From Vicinamibacterales bacterium (GTDB taxonomy: Bacteria > Acidobacteriota > Vicinamibacteria > Vicinamibacterales > Fen-181), in contig DASVIS010000077.1 in the NCBI GenBank assembly GCA_036381995.1, positions 1-50,704 on the forward strand: a DNA stretch of 50,704 nucleotides, read 5' to 3'. Below the pieces are notes generated by a model. The model saw only the letters and a program-made list of their open reading frames with translations, did no database searches and was not told the origin of the DNA. The translations under genes were made by a program, and so were the position numbers. Shown here piece by piece: positions 7,748 through 16,287 of the stretch (the stretch's first letter is position 1; every line of letters begins with the position of its first letter).

Positions 7748-9485
7748 ACGGGCGAAGCACGTTCAGGAGCCAGTCGATGACACGGTCCCCGGCTTCCAGC
7801 CGTGGCACCTGTTCGTCATCGGCACATTGATCGCCTCAGCGGGAGCGGCGGTGGCCGTCCGCGGCACGGGGCCCGCAAACGTCGTGTTCGTCTGCCTCAC
7901 CGTGATGACCGCGGGCGTCGCGTCCTACGCGCTGTACCGCATGCTCTGGCCGTTGGTGCACCCGGATGCCGTGGACGCGCCGGAGATGCTCGGAGGGCGC
8001 ACGCGCGCGGCGCTCGAGCGAGAGAAGACGCTCGCACTTCGCGCGATCAAGGAACTCGAGTTCGACCGGGCGATGGGGAAAGTGTCGGAATCGGACTGGC
8101 AGGAGATGACCGCGAGGTTGAGAAGTCGCGCGGTTCGGGTGATCCGTCAGCTGGACAGCGGGAGTGCCGCGTACCGTGAGCTGATCGAAAGAGAGCTGGC
8201 CGCGCGCGGGGCGGCGGTCCCGAAGTCAGCTTCCGAGAATCGTGCTTCCGAAGCGGGCGCGCGGTCGGCTGCGAAACTCCTCGTTGTCGCGATTGCCTGC
8301 GGCGGGATCCTGCTGTCATCGGCAGCACGCGCGCAGATGGGAGGCGTCGGCGGGATCGCGGGCATGCCGGACGCGAAGGCCATGTCCGGAATCCCCCGGC
8401 CGGAAGGCGCGCTGGCGACCGGCACTGTGTCCGTGCGCCTGGTTCGCGGGCAACTTTCCAACCTGGTGGTTGGGCACCCGGTGGAGTTCATCGCCAACGG
8501 CAAGTCGGAGTCGGTTAAGACCGATGAGACCGGGCACGCGGTGATCAACGGGCTGGCGGCAGGCTCGACCGTGCACGTCGTCGCGACGATGGAAGGTGAG
8601 CGCCTGGACTCGCAGGACTTCCAGGTTCCGCCGCAGGGCGGTGTGGTTCTGATGCTGGTGGCGTCGGACAAGACGGCCGCCGATCAGATGGTGAAGACGG
8701 CCGTGGCCGGTACGGTCACGATCGGGGGACAGTCGCGGATCGTCACGCAGTTCGAGGACGACGTCCTCCAGGTGTATTACCTCTTAGACATCGTCAACGC
8801 CGCCCAGGCGCCGGTGAAGACTGATCCGCTCGTGTTCGATCTGCCGCCGGGGGCGCAGAATGCGACCGTCCTCGAGGGCTCGGCGCCGAATGCGACCGCC
8901 AAGGGCTCGACCGTGACGGTCACAGGCCCGTTCCCGCCGGGAGTGACCGGCGTCCAGATCGCGTACTCGCTGCCTCCTGCGGCCCGCGTGTCGATCCGGC
9001 AGAAACTGCCTGCGGCGATGGGACAGGTCGTGGTGATGGCCGAAAAAGCTGGCACGATGGTGGTCTCGTCCGCGCAACTGACCACGATTCGCGAAGGGAA
9101 CGAAAGCGGGAAGTCTTTTGTGCTTGGCGCGGGCCCGTCGCTGAAGGCGGGCGACATACTGGCCGTCGACATCGGCGGTCTGCCTCATCACCCGGTGTGG
9201 CCGCGCAACACGGCGCTGGCGCTCGGTGCCCTGGCGCTGGCGGCTGGAGCCTGGGCAGCCCTGCGAACTGGAGGACGATCGGCGGCCACCGCTGCGCGAC
9301 AGCAACTGGAGGGTCGTCGGGAGCAGGTGTTCGGCGAGTTGCTGCGCCTCGACCAGCGGCAGAAGGCGGGCCAGACGGCCGGAGAGGCAGCCGACGATCG
9401 CCGGGGCGAGCTGGTGGGCGAGCTCGAACGGATCTACGGTGAGCTCGACACGGGCGCGACCGGCCTTCGCGGCGAAGGGGATTGA
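7725..9485 (+). CDS. four-TM membrane protein with a CcmI-like N-terminal module and a beta-rich (carboxypeptidase-regulatory-like) periplasmic domain; function unknown
   Basis: Start set to ATG 7725 (AGGAACTGGAGG upstream, 23-nt overlap with the ccmF-H end) instead of track 7605. Two N-terminal TMs are followed by a cytoplasmic segment (EREKTLALRAIKELEFDRAMGKVSESDWQEMTARLRSRA) and a third TM. A periplasmic region of about 330 aa follows (GTVSVRLVRG...VEFIANGKSESVKTDETGHAVINGL). The protein ends with a fourth TM and a coiled-coil tail. Confidence 0.7.
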   Translation: MSSETSTRRAKHVQEPVDDTVPGFQPWHLFVIGTLIASAGAAVAVRGTGPANVVFVCLTVMTAGVASYALYRMLWPLVHPDAVDAPEMLGGRTRAALEREKTLALRAIKELEFDRAMGKVSESDWQEMTARLRSRAVRVIRQLDSGSAAYRELIERELAARGAAVPKSASENRASEAGARSAAKLLVVAIACGGILLSSAARAQMGGVGGIAGMPDAKAMSGIPRPEGALATGTVSVRLVRGQLSNLVVGHPVEFIANGKSESVKTDETGHAVINGLAAGSTVHVVATMEGERLDSQDFQVPPQGGVVLMLVASDKTAADQMVKTAVAGTVTIGGQSRIVTQFEDDVLQVYYLLDIVNAAQAPVKTDPLVFDLPPGAQNATVLEGSAPNATAKGSTVTVTGPFPPGVTGVQIAYSLPPAARVSIRQKLPAAMGQVVVMAEKAGTMVVSSAQLTTIREGNESGKSFVLGAGPSLKAGDILAVDIGGLPHHPVWPRNTALALGALALAAGAWAALRTGGRSAATAARQQLEGRREQVFGELLRLDQRQKAGQTAGEAADDRRGELVGELERIYGELDTGATGLRGEGD

Positions 9486-9489
9486 CAGC

Positions 9490-10203
9490 GTGAGCTTCGA
9501 CTTCACGGAGGTGGCGGTTCGTGACGTGTCGCGTCACTACGGCCGCCGGCGCGCGCTGGCGCGCGTCTCGATCGCGTGCCGGGCTGGTGAGGTGCTGGGG
9601 CTGCTCGGCCCGAACGGCGCCGGCAAGTCCACGCTCCTGTCAATCCTCGCGACGCTTCTTTCGCCCTCGACCGGCGAGGTCCGCTACGGCACGAAGACTG
9701 CCCAGGAAGCGGGACCGGCCCTCCGCTCCTGCCTTGGGTTTCTCTCTCACGACCTTCATCTGTACCCGGAGCTGACCGCGCGCGAGAACCTGCGGTTCTT
9801 CGCGCAGCTGTACGGAGTACAGAGTGTAGACGCCCGCGTGGGAAGTGCGCTCGATCGGGCAGGCTTGACCGCTCGCAGCGGGGAACTCGTGTCCAGCTTC
9901 TCGCGCGGGATGCGACAGCGCCTAGCGCTCGAGCGGGCGCTCATCCACGAACCACGGCTTCTCCTGCTCGACGAACCGTTCACGGGGCTCGACGACGCCT
10001 CGGTCGCTGCGCTCGTGTCCCGGCTGGGGGAGCTCCGTGCAGGCGGGCGGATCATCGTCGTGGTGACCCATGACCTCGATGTCGCGGAACGGCTGCTCGA
10101 CAAGGTCGCCGTCTTGAAGGAGGGGCGTCTGGTGGCGTTCGATGACGCTCACGGTCGGATTCGGGAACACTATCGGGCGCACGTACAGGAATTGAAGAAT
10201 TGA
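9490..10203 (+). CDS. ccmA: heme exporter ATP-binding protein CcmA
   Basis: Walker A GPNGAGKST, signature FSRGMRQRLALERAL, Walker B LLLLDEP. Start set to GTG 9490 (GAAGGGGA upstream). The track ORF's N-terminal extension overlaps the previous gene. Confidence 0.85.
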   Translation: MSFDFTEVAVRDVSRHYGRRRALARVSIACRAGEVLGLLGPNGAGKSTLLSILATLLSPSTGEVRYGTKTAQEAGPALRSCLGFLSHDLHLYPELTARENLRFFAQLYGVQSVDARVGSALDRAGLTARSGELVSSFSRGMRQRLALERALIHEPRLLLLDEPFTGLDDASVAALVSRLGELRAGGRIIVVVTHDLDVAERLLDKVAVLKEGRLVAFDDAHGRIREHYRAHVQELKN

Positions 10204-10237
10204 GAATTGAGAATCGAACAGTGAAGGGTGAGAATTG
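10189..10237 (+). repeat. purine/AT-rich heptamer tandem (GAATTGA x3, then GAATCGA, later GAATTGG) at the ccmA-ccmB junction
   Basis: Read directly: GAATTGA-A-GAATTGA-GAATTGA-GAATCGA-ACAGTGAAGGGTGA-GAATTGG. It spans the ccmA stop and supplies TGA in several frames plus purine-rich RBS-like sequence. Confidence 0.6.
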
Positions 10238-10945
10238 GACGCTGAGAGAAGGCGGAGACCGGTGCCGATGTTCTTGAGGGTGGCGTGGCTCGTGATGCGG
10301 AAGGACCTCACCATCGAGGTGCGGAGCCGCGAGATCTTGTACACAACGGTCTTCTTTGCGGTCTCTTGCGTTCTGGTCTTCGCGTTTGCGCTCGTGAAGG
10401 AGGGACGGCCGCTGGAGGACGCTGCCGCCGGGATCATGTGGATCTCCGTGGCCTTTGCGGGCACCCTTGCGCTCGGGCGTACTTTCGAACGCGAGCGGCA
10501 CTCCGAGACGTTGCGGGCGCTGATGCTGGCGCCGACCAGCCGGCCTGCGATCTACGTCGGCAAGCTCCTGGGCATCGTCCTGCTGCTCTTGATCGTCGAG
10601 GCCGTGCTCGTCCCGCTGGTCGGCCTGCTGTTCCATGCGCCGATCGGGAATCGGCCTCTGCTGCTGGTTGCGCTGCTGCTGTTCGGCACCATCGGGTTCT
10701 CCGCCGTGGGAACGTTGTTCGCGGCGATGCTCGTGAGGGCCCGCAGCCGCGACGTGATGCTCCCGATCCTGCTGTATCCGATCACGATTCCCGTGATCAT
10801 CGCCGGTGTTCGAGGCACCGCCGCCCTGTTCGAGCCGGTCCCGGCCACCGACCTGGCCCAGATGTGGATGGCCCTGCTCGCGTTCTTCGATATCGTGTTC
10901 GTGACGCTGTCGCTCTGGACATTCGAGCCGTTGATGACGGAGTAA
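10235..10945 (+). CDS. ccmB: heme exporter permease CcmB
   Basis: CcmB-like polytopic protein (REILYTTVFFAV, GIMWISVAFAGTLALGRTFERE, LRALMLAP). The track start is TTG 10235. ATG 10268 (MFLRVAW) is an equally plausible start. Confidence 0.85.
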   Translation: MDAERRRRPVPMFLRVAWLVMRKDLTIEVRSREILYTTVFFAVSCVLVFAFALVKEGRPLEDAAAGIMWISVAFAGTLALGRTFERERHSETLRALMLAPTSRPAIYVGKLLGIVLLLLIVEAVLVPLVGLLFHAPIGNRPLLLVALLLFGTIGFSAVGTLFAAMLVRARSRDVMLPILLYPITIPVIIAGVRGTAALFEPVPATDLAQMWMALLAFFDIVFVTLSLWTFEPLMTE

Positions 10946-10970
10946 CGAGGGTTCCTGCCGGAGTCAAGAG

Positions 10971-11630
10971 ATGAACAAGGGATACCCGGTCTTGGCGCTG
11001 CTGGCCATCGCGCTCTTCTCGGCGGCCCCCGTGATAGTCGCCCAGGCACCCTACGAGGCGACGATGGGGCTGGTGCAGAAGATCTTCTACTACCACGTGC
11101 CGTCAGCGATGGTGATGTTCCTGTCGGCGCTCATCTGCGGGGTCGCCAGCTCGGTGTATCTCTTCAGGGCGCGGCCCGGCGCCGACCGAATCGCCGCGGC
11201 CGCCGCGGAGTTGACTGTCGTGTTCGGCCTGATCGTGCTGGTGACCGGTCCCCTGTGGGCGCGAAAGGCGTGGGGCGTGTGGTGGCAATGGGATGCCCGC
11301 CTGACCTCCACGCTCCTGATGTGGATGATCTTCGTCGCCTACCTGCTGGTACGCCGCTTCGGCGGGCCGGGTGCGGAGAAGTTGTCGGCCGCGATGGCGG
11401 TGTTCGGCATGGCGAACGTGCCGTTCGTCTACGTGTCGGTCAATATCTGGCGAACGATCCACCCGACCACCAGGGTGGTACCGAGCCTGGCTCCGGGCAT
11501 GCGAGGGCCGTTCTGGTTCTGCGTGCTGTCGTTCATGCTGCTGTTCGGCCTGCTGCTGGCGGTACGCGCGCGACTCGAACAGCGCCGCGCCGACCTGGAA
11601 CACCTGTATCTGCTCGCCGACGAGGAATGA
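10971..11630 (+). CDS. ccmC: heme exporter protein CcmC
   Basis: WGVWWQWDARLTS tryptophan-rich motif, conserved His (YYHVPSA), six hydrophobic segments. Confidence 0.9.
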   Translation: MNKGYPVLALLAIALFSAAPVIVAQAPYEATMGLVQKIFYYHVPSAMVMFLSALICGVASSVYLFRARPGADRIAAAAAELTVVFGLIVLVTGPLWARKAWGVWWQWDARLTSTLLMWMIFVAYLLVRRFGGPGAEKLSAAMAVFGMANVPFVYVSVNIWRTIHPTTRVVPSLAPGMRGPFWFCVLSFMLLFGLLLAVRARLEQRRADLEHLYLLADEE

Positions 11631-11663
11631 TCCTGATCTGGCACCGATAGCGAGGCCAGTCAC

Positions 11664-12005
11664 ATGCAGGGGACTATGACGAAGAAGCTGATGGCGTTGA
11701 TCGTGGCCTTCTGGCTGGTTGGGGCGAGTGGCGTGCGCCTGGTCGCTTCGACGCAAGGGCAATCGCCGCAGACGCCGCCAACGGGCCAGGCTGCCGGTGC
11801 CGAACCACAGGACCAGTTTGTGCCGGTGAAGTCGCTCCCGCAGCAGGAACAGCTGCCGGCCGCGCCGCTGCTGCTGACCGCCTACGGGTTCGTGTGGGTG
11901 GTCCTCCTCGTCTACGTGTGGACGATCTGGCGGCGGCTGATGAAGGTCGAGCGGGAGATGCAGGTGCTATCGGCGCGCGTGGCGGAGAAGAGCGGTCGAG
12001 GCTGA
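11664..12005 (+). CDS. CcmD-like small membrane protein (alternative CcmD type with N-terminal signal-like extension)
   Basis: The C-terminal single TM plus basic tail (LLLTAYGFVWVVLLVYVWTIWRRLMKVEREMQVL) and the position directly after ccmC match CcmD. The N-terminal 30 aa look like a signal peptide. Confidence 0.5.
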   Translation: MQGTMTKKLMALIVAFWLVGASGVRLVASTQGQSPQTPPTGQAAGAEPQDQFVPVKSLPQQEQLPAAPLLLTAYGFVWVVLLVYVWTIWRRLMKVEREMQVLSARVAEKSGRG

Positions 12006-12054
12006 ACGGGGTCGCGTGCCTGACGCGCCATCACGAGTACGATCGGAGGGGTCC

Positions 12055-12210
12055 GTGGGCCAGATGGGGGCCGGTCATTTCATCTACATCCCGGCGCTGC
12101 TGTTCATCGGCGTCGTCATCGGCTGGATTCTGGGCTCTCGAGCCGCGCGGGACGCGTTCGCGGTCGAGTTGAAGCGGCGTGAGGAGCGGGCGGCGAAGCG
12201 ACGCGACTGA
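12055..12210 (+). CDS. small single-TM protein (51 aa), unknown function
   Basis: GTG 12055 is preceded by GGAGGGG at 5 nt. It has a TM (FIYIPALLFIGVVIGWILG) and a basic tail. It is the last gene of the ccm string. Confidence 0.4.
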   Translation: MGQMGAGHFIYIPALLFIGVVIGWILGSRAARDAFAVELKRREERAAKRRD

Positions 12211-12226
12211 CAGGGGTCCGACCCCA

Positions 12227-12973
12227 TCACCGTCCGTGCATCAACCGCATGGCCAGCGGTTTCGGAAGCCCGGCAGCCAGGATCCGGTCGCGGGCTTGCG
12301 CGACGGAATATGCGACGCGCCGAATTACGATCTCGCGGGCGGCGGTGTCGAGGATCGCATAGGCGGCTCGTGGATCACCATCGCGCGGCTGGCCAACGGA
12401 CCCGGGATTGACCAGATAGCGGCGGTCTTCCGCGAACGTGATGCGCTGCTCGTCACGCGCTCCATGAAACAACACGTCAAGTGAACGGTCCACCCCGAGC
12501 GCCGCGGCGGCTGGGAGGTGGGTGTGCCCGAACAGGCAGACCGGGCGATGCGCAGCCGACAGCGCCTCCGCGACGTCAAGCTCGCCGAAGATGTAGGTGT
12601 CTTCGTCAACCGGAGAGCCATGGCAGATCTCGACAAGGTCGTCGAGCACGCGAGGGCCCTGCGGGAGGGCCGCCAGATACGCCCGCGTGTCCTCGGAGAT
12701 GGCGTTCCGCGTCCAGGTGGCCGATTGCTGCGCGGTCGGATTGAACCCTTCGGCGCTTTCCAAACCCGCCGCGACCTTGTCGTGATTACCCCTGACGATT
12801 GCGGCGGGTGAGAGCGCCCGCACCCGGGCGACGACCAGATTGGGTTCCGCACCGTAACCCACCAGATCGCCGAGCACGACCATGTCGTCGTATGAGCCGG
12901 GAACGGCAGCATCGAGCACCGCATCGAGCGCATCGATGTTCGCGTGAATGTCGCTCAGGACGAGATACCGCAC
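12227..12973 (-). CDS. metallophosphoesterase family protein (YfcE/MJ0936-like)
   Basis: LVLSDIHAN, VLGDLVGYG, RGNHD, GHTHLP motifs. Start set to GTG 12973, just after the aroK stop. The track ATG 13009 would overlap aroK by 32 nt. Confidence 0.8.
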   Translation of the reverse strand: MRYLVLSDIHANIDALDAVLDAAVPGSYDDMVVLGDLVGYGAEPNLVVARVRALSPAAIVRGNHDKVAAGLESAEGFNPTAQQSATWTRNAISEDTRAYLAALPQGPRVLDDLVEICHGSPVDEDTYIFGELDVAEALSAAHRPVCLFGHTHLPAAAALGVDRSLDVLFHGARDEQRITFAEDRRYLVNPGSVGQPRDGDPRAAYAILDTAAREIVIRRVAYSVAQARDRILAAGLPKPLAMRLMHGR

Positions 12974-12977
12974 GAAT

Positions 12978-13475
12978 CTAGTATCCCAGCCAATCGAGGA
13001 TTCGTTCAATCAGTTCTTCAACCGGCGCGGCGGCGTCCAGGCGGACGTGCGCGTGTTGGTAGGCCAGCCGTCGGGCGTGATAGAGCGCTTCGAACTGCGC
13101 CCGGTGGGCGGCCAGCGGGCGGCGACCGTCAGGGGGTACCCTATCGAGAGCGACAGGGAAGGGCAGGTCCAGCCAGACCGAGACGCCGTTTGCGTTGATC
13201 AGCGCCCGGTTGTCCGGGTCGGCGTAGGTGCCGCCTCCGGTGGCCACGACCGCGTCCTGCACGGGAAGCAGTTGCCGCAGGATTTCGCGTTCCGCCGCCC
13301 GAAAGTACGGCTCTCCTCGCGAAGCAAAAACGTCGGAGACAGGGCAGCGCTCGCGCGCTTCGATCAATTCGTCCAGATCTTCCACACGCCAGCCCAGGCG
13401 CCTGCCGAGAGCGCGGGCCACGGTCGTCTTGCCCGCTCCCATGAACCCCACGAGATAGACCTTGTCCGTCTTCAT
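12978..13475 (-). CDS. aroK: shikimate kinase
   Basis: VYLVGFMGAGKTTVARALG Walker A, typical size of 165 aa, 4-nt overlap with aroA. Confidence 0.9.
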   Translation of the reverse strand: MKTDKVYLVGFMGAGKTTVARALGRRLGWRVEDLDELIEARERCPVSDVFASRGEPYFRAAEREILRQLLPVQDAVVATGGGTYADPDNRALINANGVSVWLDLPFPVALDRVPPDGRRPLAAHRAQFEALYHARRLAYQHAHVRLDAAAPVEELIERILDWLGY

Positions 13476-14758
13476 GCCGTGATCGACTCGAGCACCGTGA
13501 AGAACCCTGAGTAGGAAACGTCTACTGCGCTGGCGCCAAGAACCGTGCAGGGTCCCCGGGCCCCGAGGCCCGCCACCGCGAACGCCATGGCCAGGCGATG
13601 GTCGCCCGCCGCATCCGCTACGCCGCCGGTCAGCCGGCGCGTCCCACTCACGCGGAACCCGTCCGGCAGTTCGTCGGCGTCGGCGCCCAGGGCGCGGAGC
13701 CCGGTGACCAGCGCCGAAATCCGGTCGCTCTCCTTCACGCGCAGCTCGCCGGCTCCGGTGACGGTGATGGCTCCCCCATGGGTCGCGAGGGCGGCGAGCG
13801 CCGGCAACTCATCGATCAGACCGGGCACTTCGTCGGGCTCGATTACGACAGGCCGAAGCTCGCCGTGCGAGACGATCAGGCGACCGCAGGGTTCCCACGC
13901 CGGTTTCGCGTCGACGCAAGTGTCGACAACGGCGCCGGCACGCCTCAGAACCGCCAGCAGGCCCGTCCGCGTCGGGTTCAACCCGACCGCCTCGACTTCT
14001 ATCTCCGAACCGGGCAGCGCTGCTGCCGCCACACACCAAAAGGCGGCCGAGGAAAAGTCTCCCGGAACGATCGCCTCGATTGGAGCCAATGTCTGCCCGC
14101 CGGTCACCGAAACGGTCGTTCCATCGACGTCGACGCCGGCACCGAACTGGCGCAGGGCGAGTTCCGTGTGGTTGCGGGTCTGCAGGCGTTCGGTCACCCG
14201 AGTCGTCCCGGAGGCGTGCAACCCTGCGAGGAGGACGGCGCTCTTCACCTGAGCGCTCGGCACTTCGGTCTCGTGCTGGATAGCCGCCAGCGCCGCGCCC
14301 GTGATCGTCATGGGCAGGCGCCCGCCGTTCGACACGATGCGGGCGCCCATTCGGGAGAGCGGGTCGATCACGCGCCGCATCGGCCGCCGCGACAACGATT
14401 CGTCTCCGGTCAGGGTGGCCGAAACCGGTTGTGCCGCCAGGATTCCAGCCAGCAGCCGAGTGGTGGTGCCCGAATTGCCCGCATCCAGCGCTTCACGCGG
14501 GGAACGGAATTGGCCGGGACCACGTCCGATAATAGTGACCGAGTCGTGTATTCGGGACATTTCCACGCCCAGGCCTTCGAGGCACCGGAGAGTGGACCGG
14601 CAGTCGGCGCCTGGCGCAAAGCCGCGGATGGTCGACGGCCCCTTCGCCAGCGACGCCAGCAGGGCATAGCGATGCGCGATCGACTTGTCGCCCGGCACGC
14701 GGAGATGGCCCCGCACTCGGTGGACCGGCGTGACGACAACTGCGTCGCGTGGAACCAT
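13472..14758 (-). CDS. aroA: 3-phosphoshikimate 1-carboxyvinyltransferase (EPSP synthase)
   Basis: LRVPGDKSIAHR, NSGTTTRLL, LRVKESDRI, HRLAMAFAVAGL. Confidence 0.95.
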   Translation of the reverse strand: MVPRDAVVVTPVHRVRGHLRVPGDKSIAHRYALLASLAKGPSTIRGFAPGADCRSTLRCLEGLGVEMSRIHDSVTIIGRGPGQFRSPREALDAGNSGTTTRLLAGILAAQPVSATLTGDESLSRRPMRRVIDPLSRMGARIVSNGGRLPMTITGAALAAIQHETEVPSAQVKSAVLLAGLHASGTTRVTERLQTRNHTELALRQFGAGVDVDGTTVSVTGGQTLAPIEAIVPGDFSSAAFWCVAAAALPGSEIEVEAVGLNPTRTGLLAVLRRAGAVVDTCVDAKPAWEPCGRLIVSHGELRPVVIEPDEVPGLIDELPALAALATHGGAITVTGAGELRVKESDRISALVTGLRALGADADELPDGFRVSGTRRLTGGVADAAGDHRLAMAFAVAGLGARGPCTVLGASAVDVSYSGFFTVLESITA

Positions 14759-14882
14759 GCCGGCACTATAGCATCAGTCGAATGAGTCAACGCCCAACTC
14801 GATGTCCGGGCTGGACCGTATTCCGGTGCCTGTGTTACTTTGTGCGAACCCGTCGTCGCGGCGTCGCCGGACCACTTCCCGC

Positions 14883-15323
14883 ATGACCGAGACTGGTCAC
14901 ACCGTTCACCTCGACTTTCCGAGCCTCTTCGAGATGATTGATCTCGTTCAGGCGCTGGTGGACCAGCTTTGTCACATGATGGGATTCGACGAGGATTCCC
15001 GGCACTGGATTGAAGTTGCCGTCAGGGAATCGGTGATCAACGCCATCAAGCACGGCAACCGCAACGACGCGTCGAAGCTGGTGGAGATTGACTTCACGAT
15101 GCGGCCGCCGGGGGCTCCGACCGAGTTGCTCGTACGCGTCCGGGACCACGGGGACGGCTTCGATCCAGGAGCCCTGCCCGATCCTCTGGCGCCCCAGAAC
15201 CTTCTCAAGTCCAACGGGCGGGGCATCTTCTTCATGCGCAGCTTCATGGACGACGTCCGAATCGAGCGGGCACCTGGAGGCGGCATGGAGGTACGGATGC
15301 TCAAGCGCCTCAAGCGGCCGTGA
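14883..15323 (+). CDS. anti-sigma regulatory factor-type Ser/Thr kinase (RsbW/SpoIIAB-like, HATPase_c_2)
   Basis: ESVINAIKHGN (N-box), VRDHGDGFDP (G1), NGRGIFFMRSF (G2). Start set to ATG 14883. Confidence 0.8.
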   Translation: MTETGHTVHLDFPSLFEMIDLVQALVDQLCHMMGFDEDSRHWIEVAVRESVINAIKHGNRNDASKLVEIDFTMRPPGAPTELLVRVRDHGDGFDPGALPDPLAPQNLLKSNGRGIFFMRSFMDDVRIERAPGGGMEVRMLKRLKRP

Positions 15324-16132
15324 CCGATCCCCTCTTTCTCGCCACCGCTGTCGAGGCCGTGCTCCGCGCAGGCGATCTCCAGATGGCCCATCTCGGCACG
15401 GACCTGAAGATCGACAAGAAAGGCGCGATCGACCTGGTGACGGAGGTCGACCTGGCGGTGGAACGCATGTTCCGCGCGATGGTCGCGGAGCGGTTTCCGG
15501 GGCACACGGTCCTGGCTGAGGAACTGGGGGATGCCGGCCAGCGGACGGGGAGGTACTGCTGGATCTTCGACCCTCTCGATGGGACCACGAACTACGCGCA
15601 CGGCCTTCCCATCTTCGCTTCGTCACTGGCTCTCGAAATCGACGGCGTGGTCAGAGTCGGCGCGATCTACGACCCTTCGCGGCGCGAGTTGTTCACGGCG
15701 ACACTGGGTGGCGGCGCACACGTGAACGGCGTCCCGATGCGGGTGTCTCCAACCGCGGACCTGATCGACGCGTTGCTCGTCACCGGCTTCCCCTACACGA
15801 TCCATGAGTCCGGCGACGACCTCGTCAGCCTCTTTGCGGCGTTCCTTTCACAGGCGCAGGCTGTGCGCAGACTTGGCTCTGCGGCCCTCGACCTGTGCTA
15901 CGTGGCGGCCGGGCGCTTGGACGCATTCTGGGAGCAGTATCTCAAGCCGTGGGACATGGCCGCCGGCGCCCTGATGCTGGCCGAGGCCGGCGGAACCGTG
16001 ACGGCGCTCGATGGCGGCCCTTTCGACGTTCGGCGGGGTCAGCTGATGGCATCGAACGGCGCGCTGCACGAGGCGATGCTCGACGTCGTTCGACGGTGGC
16101 AAGCAGGGCGCGCGGGCCGCGGCTCGAAGTGA
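15320..16132 (+). CDS. inositol monophosphatase family protein (SuhB-like)
   Basis: LAEELG, WIFDPLDGTTNYAHGLP, WDMAAGALMLAEAGG. The GTG start overlaps the upstream TGA (GTGA). Confidence 0.9.
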   Translation: MTDPLFLATAVEAVLRAGDLQMAHLGTDLKIDKKGAIDLVTEVDLAVERMFRAMVAERFPGHTVLAEELGDAGQRTGRYCWIFDPLDGTTNYAHGLPIFASSLALEIDGVVRVGAIYDPSRRELFTATLGGGAHVNGVPMRVSPTADLIDALLVTGFPYTIHESGDDLVSLFAAFLSQAQAVRRLGSAALDLCYVAAGRLDAFWEQYLKPWDMAAGALMLAEAGGTVTALDGGPFDVRRGQLMASNGALHEAMLDVVRRWQAGRAGRGSK

Positions 16133-16194
16133 CCTCTAGAAGGGACACCTTTCCGTCTGTCCTCGAGGATTCACTGAATTTCGGTCAGACCGAC

Positions 16195-16210
16195 TGGCAT
16201 CGTTCCTGCA
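16195..16210 (+). promoter_or_regulatory. sigma-54 (-24/-12) promoter candidate upstream of the OMP gene
   Basis: CTGGCATCGTTCCTGCA matches YTGGCAC-N5-TTGCW, with the GG and GC elements at the canonical spacing. It lies 78 nt upstream of ATG 16288. An inverted repeat GGACA-N10-TGTCC sits at 16143-16162. Confidence 0.4.
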
Positions 16211-16287
16211 CTAAACATTACCAGACGCCACCGCAGACCCAGGGAAAGCACCCTGGGCCAGGCAGGTTGGCTGGAGGAGACGCGATC

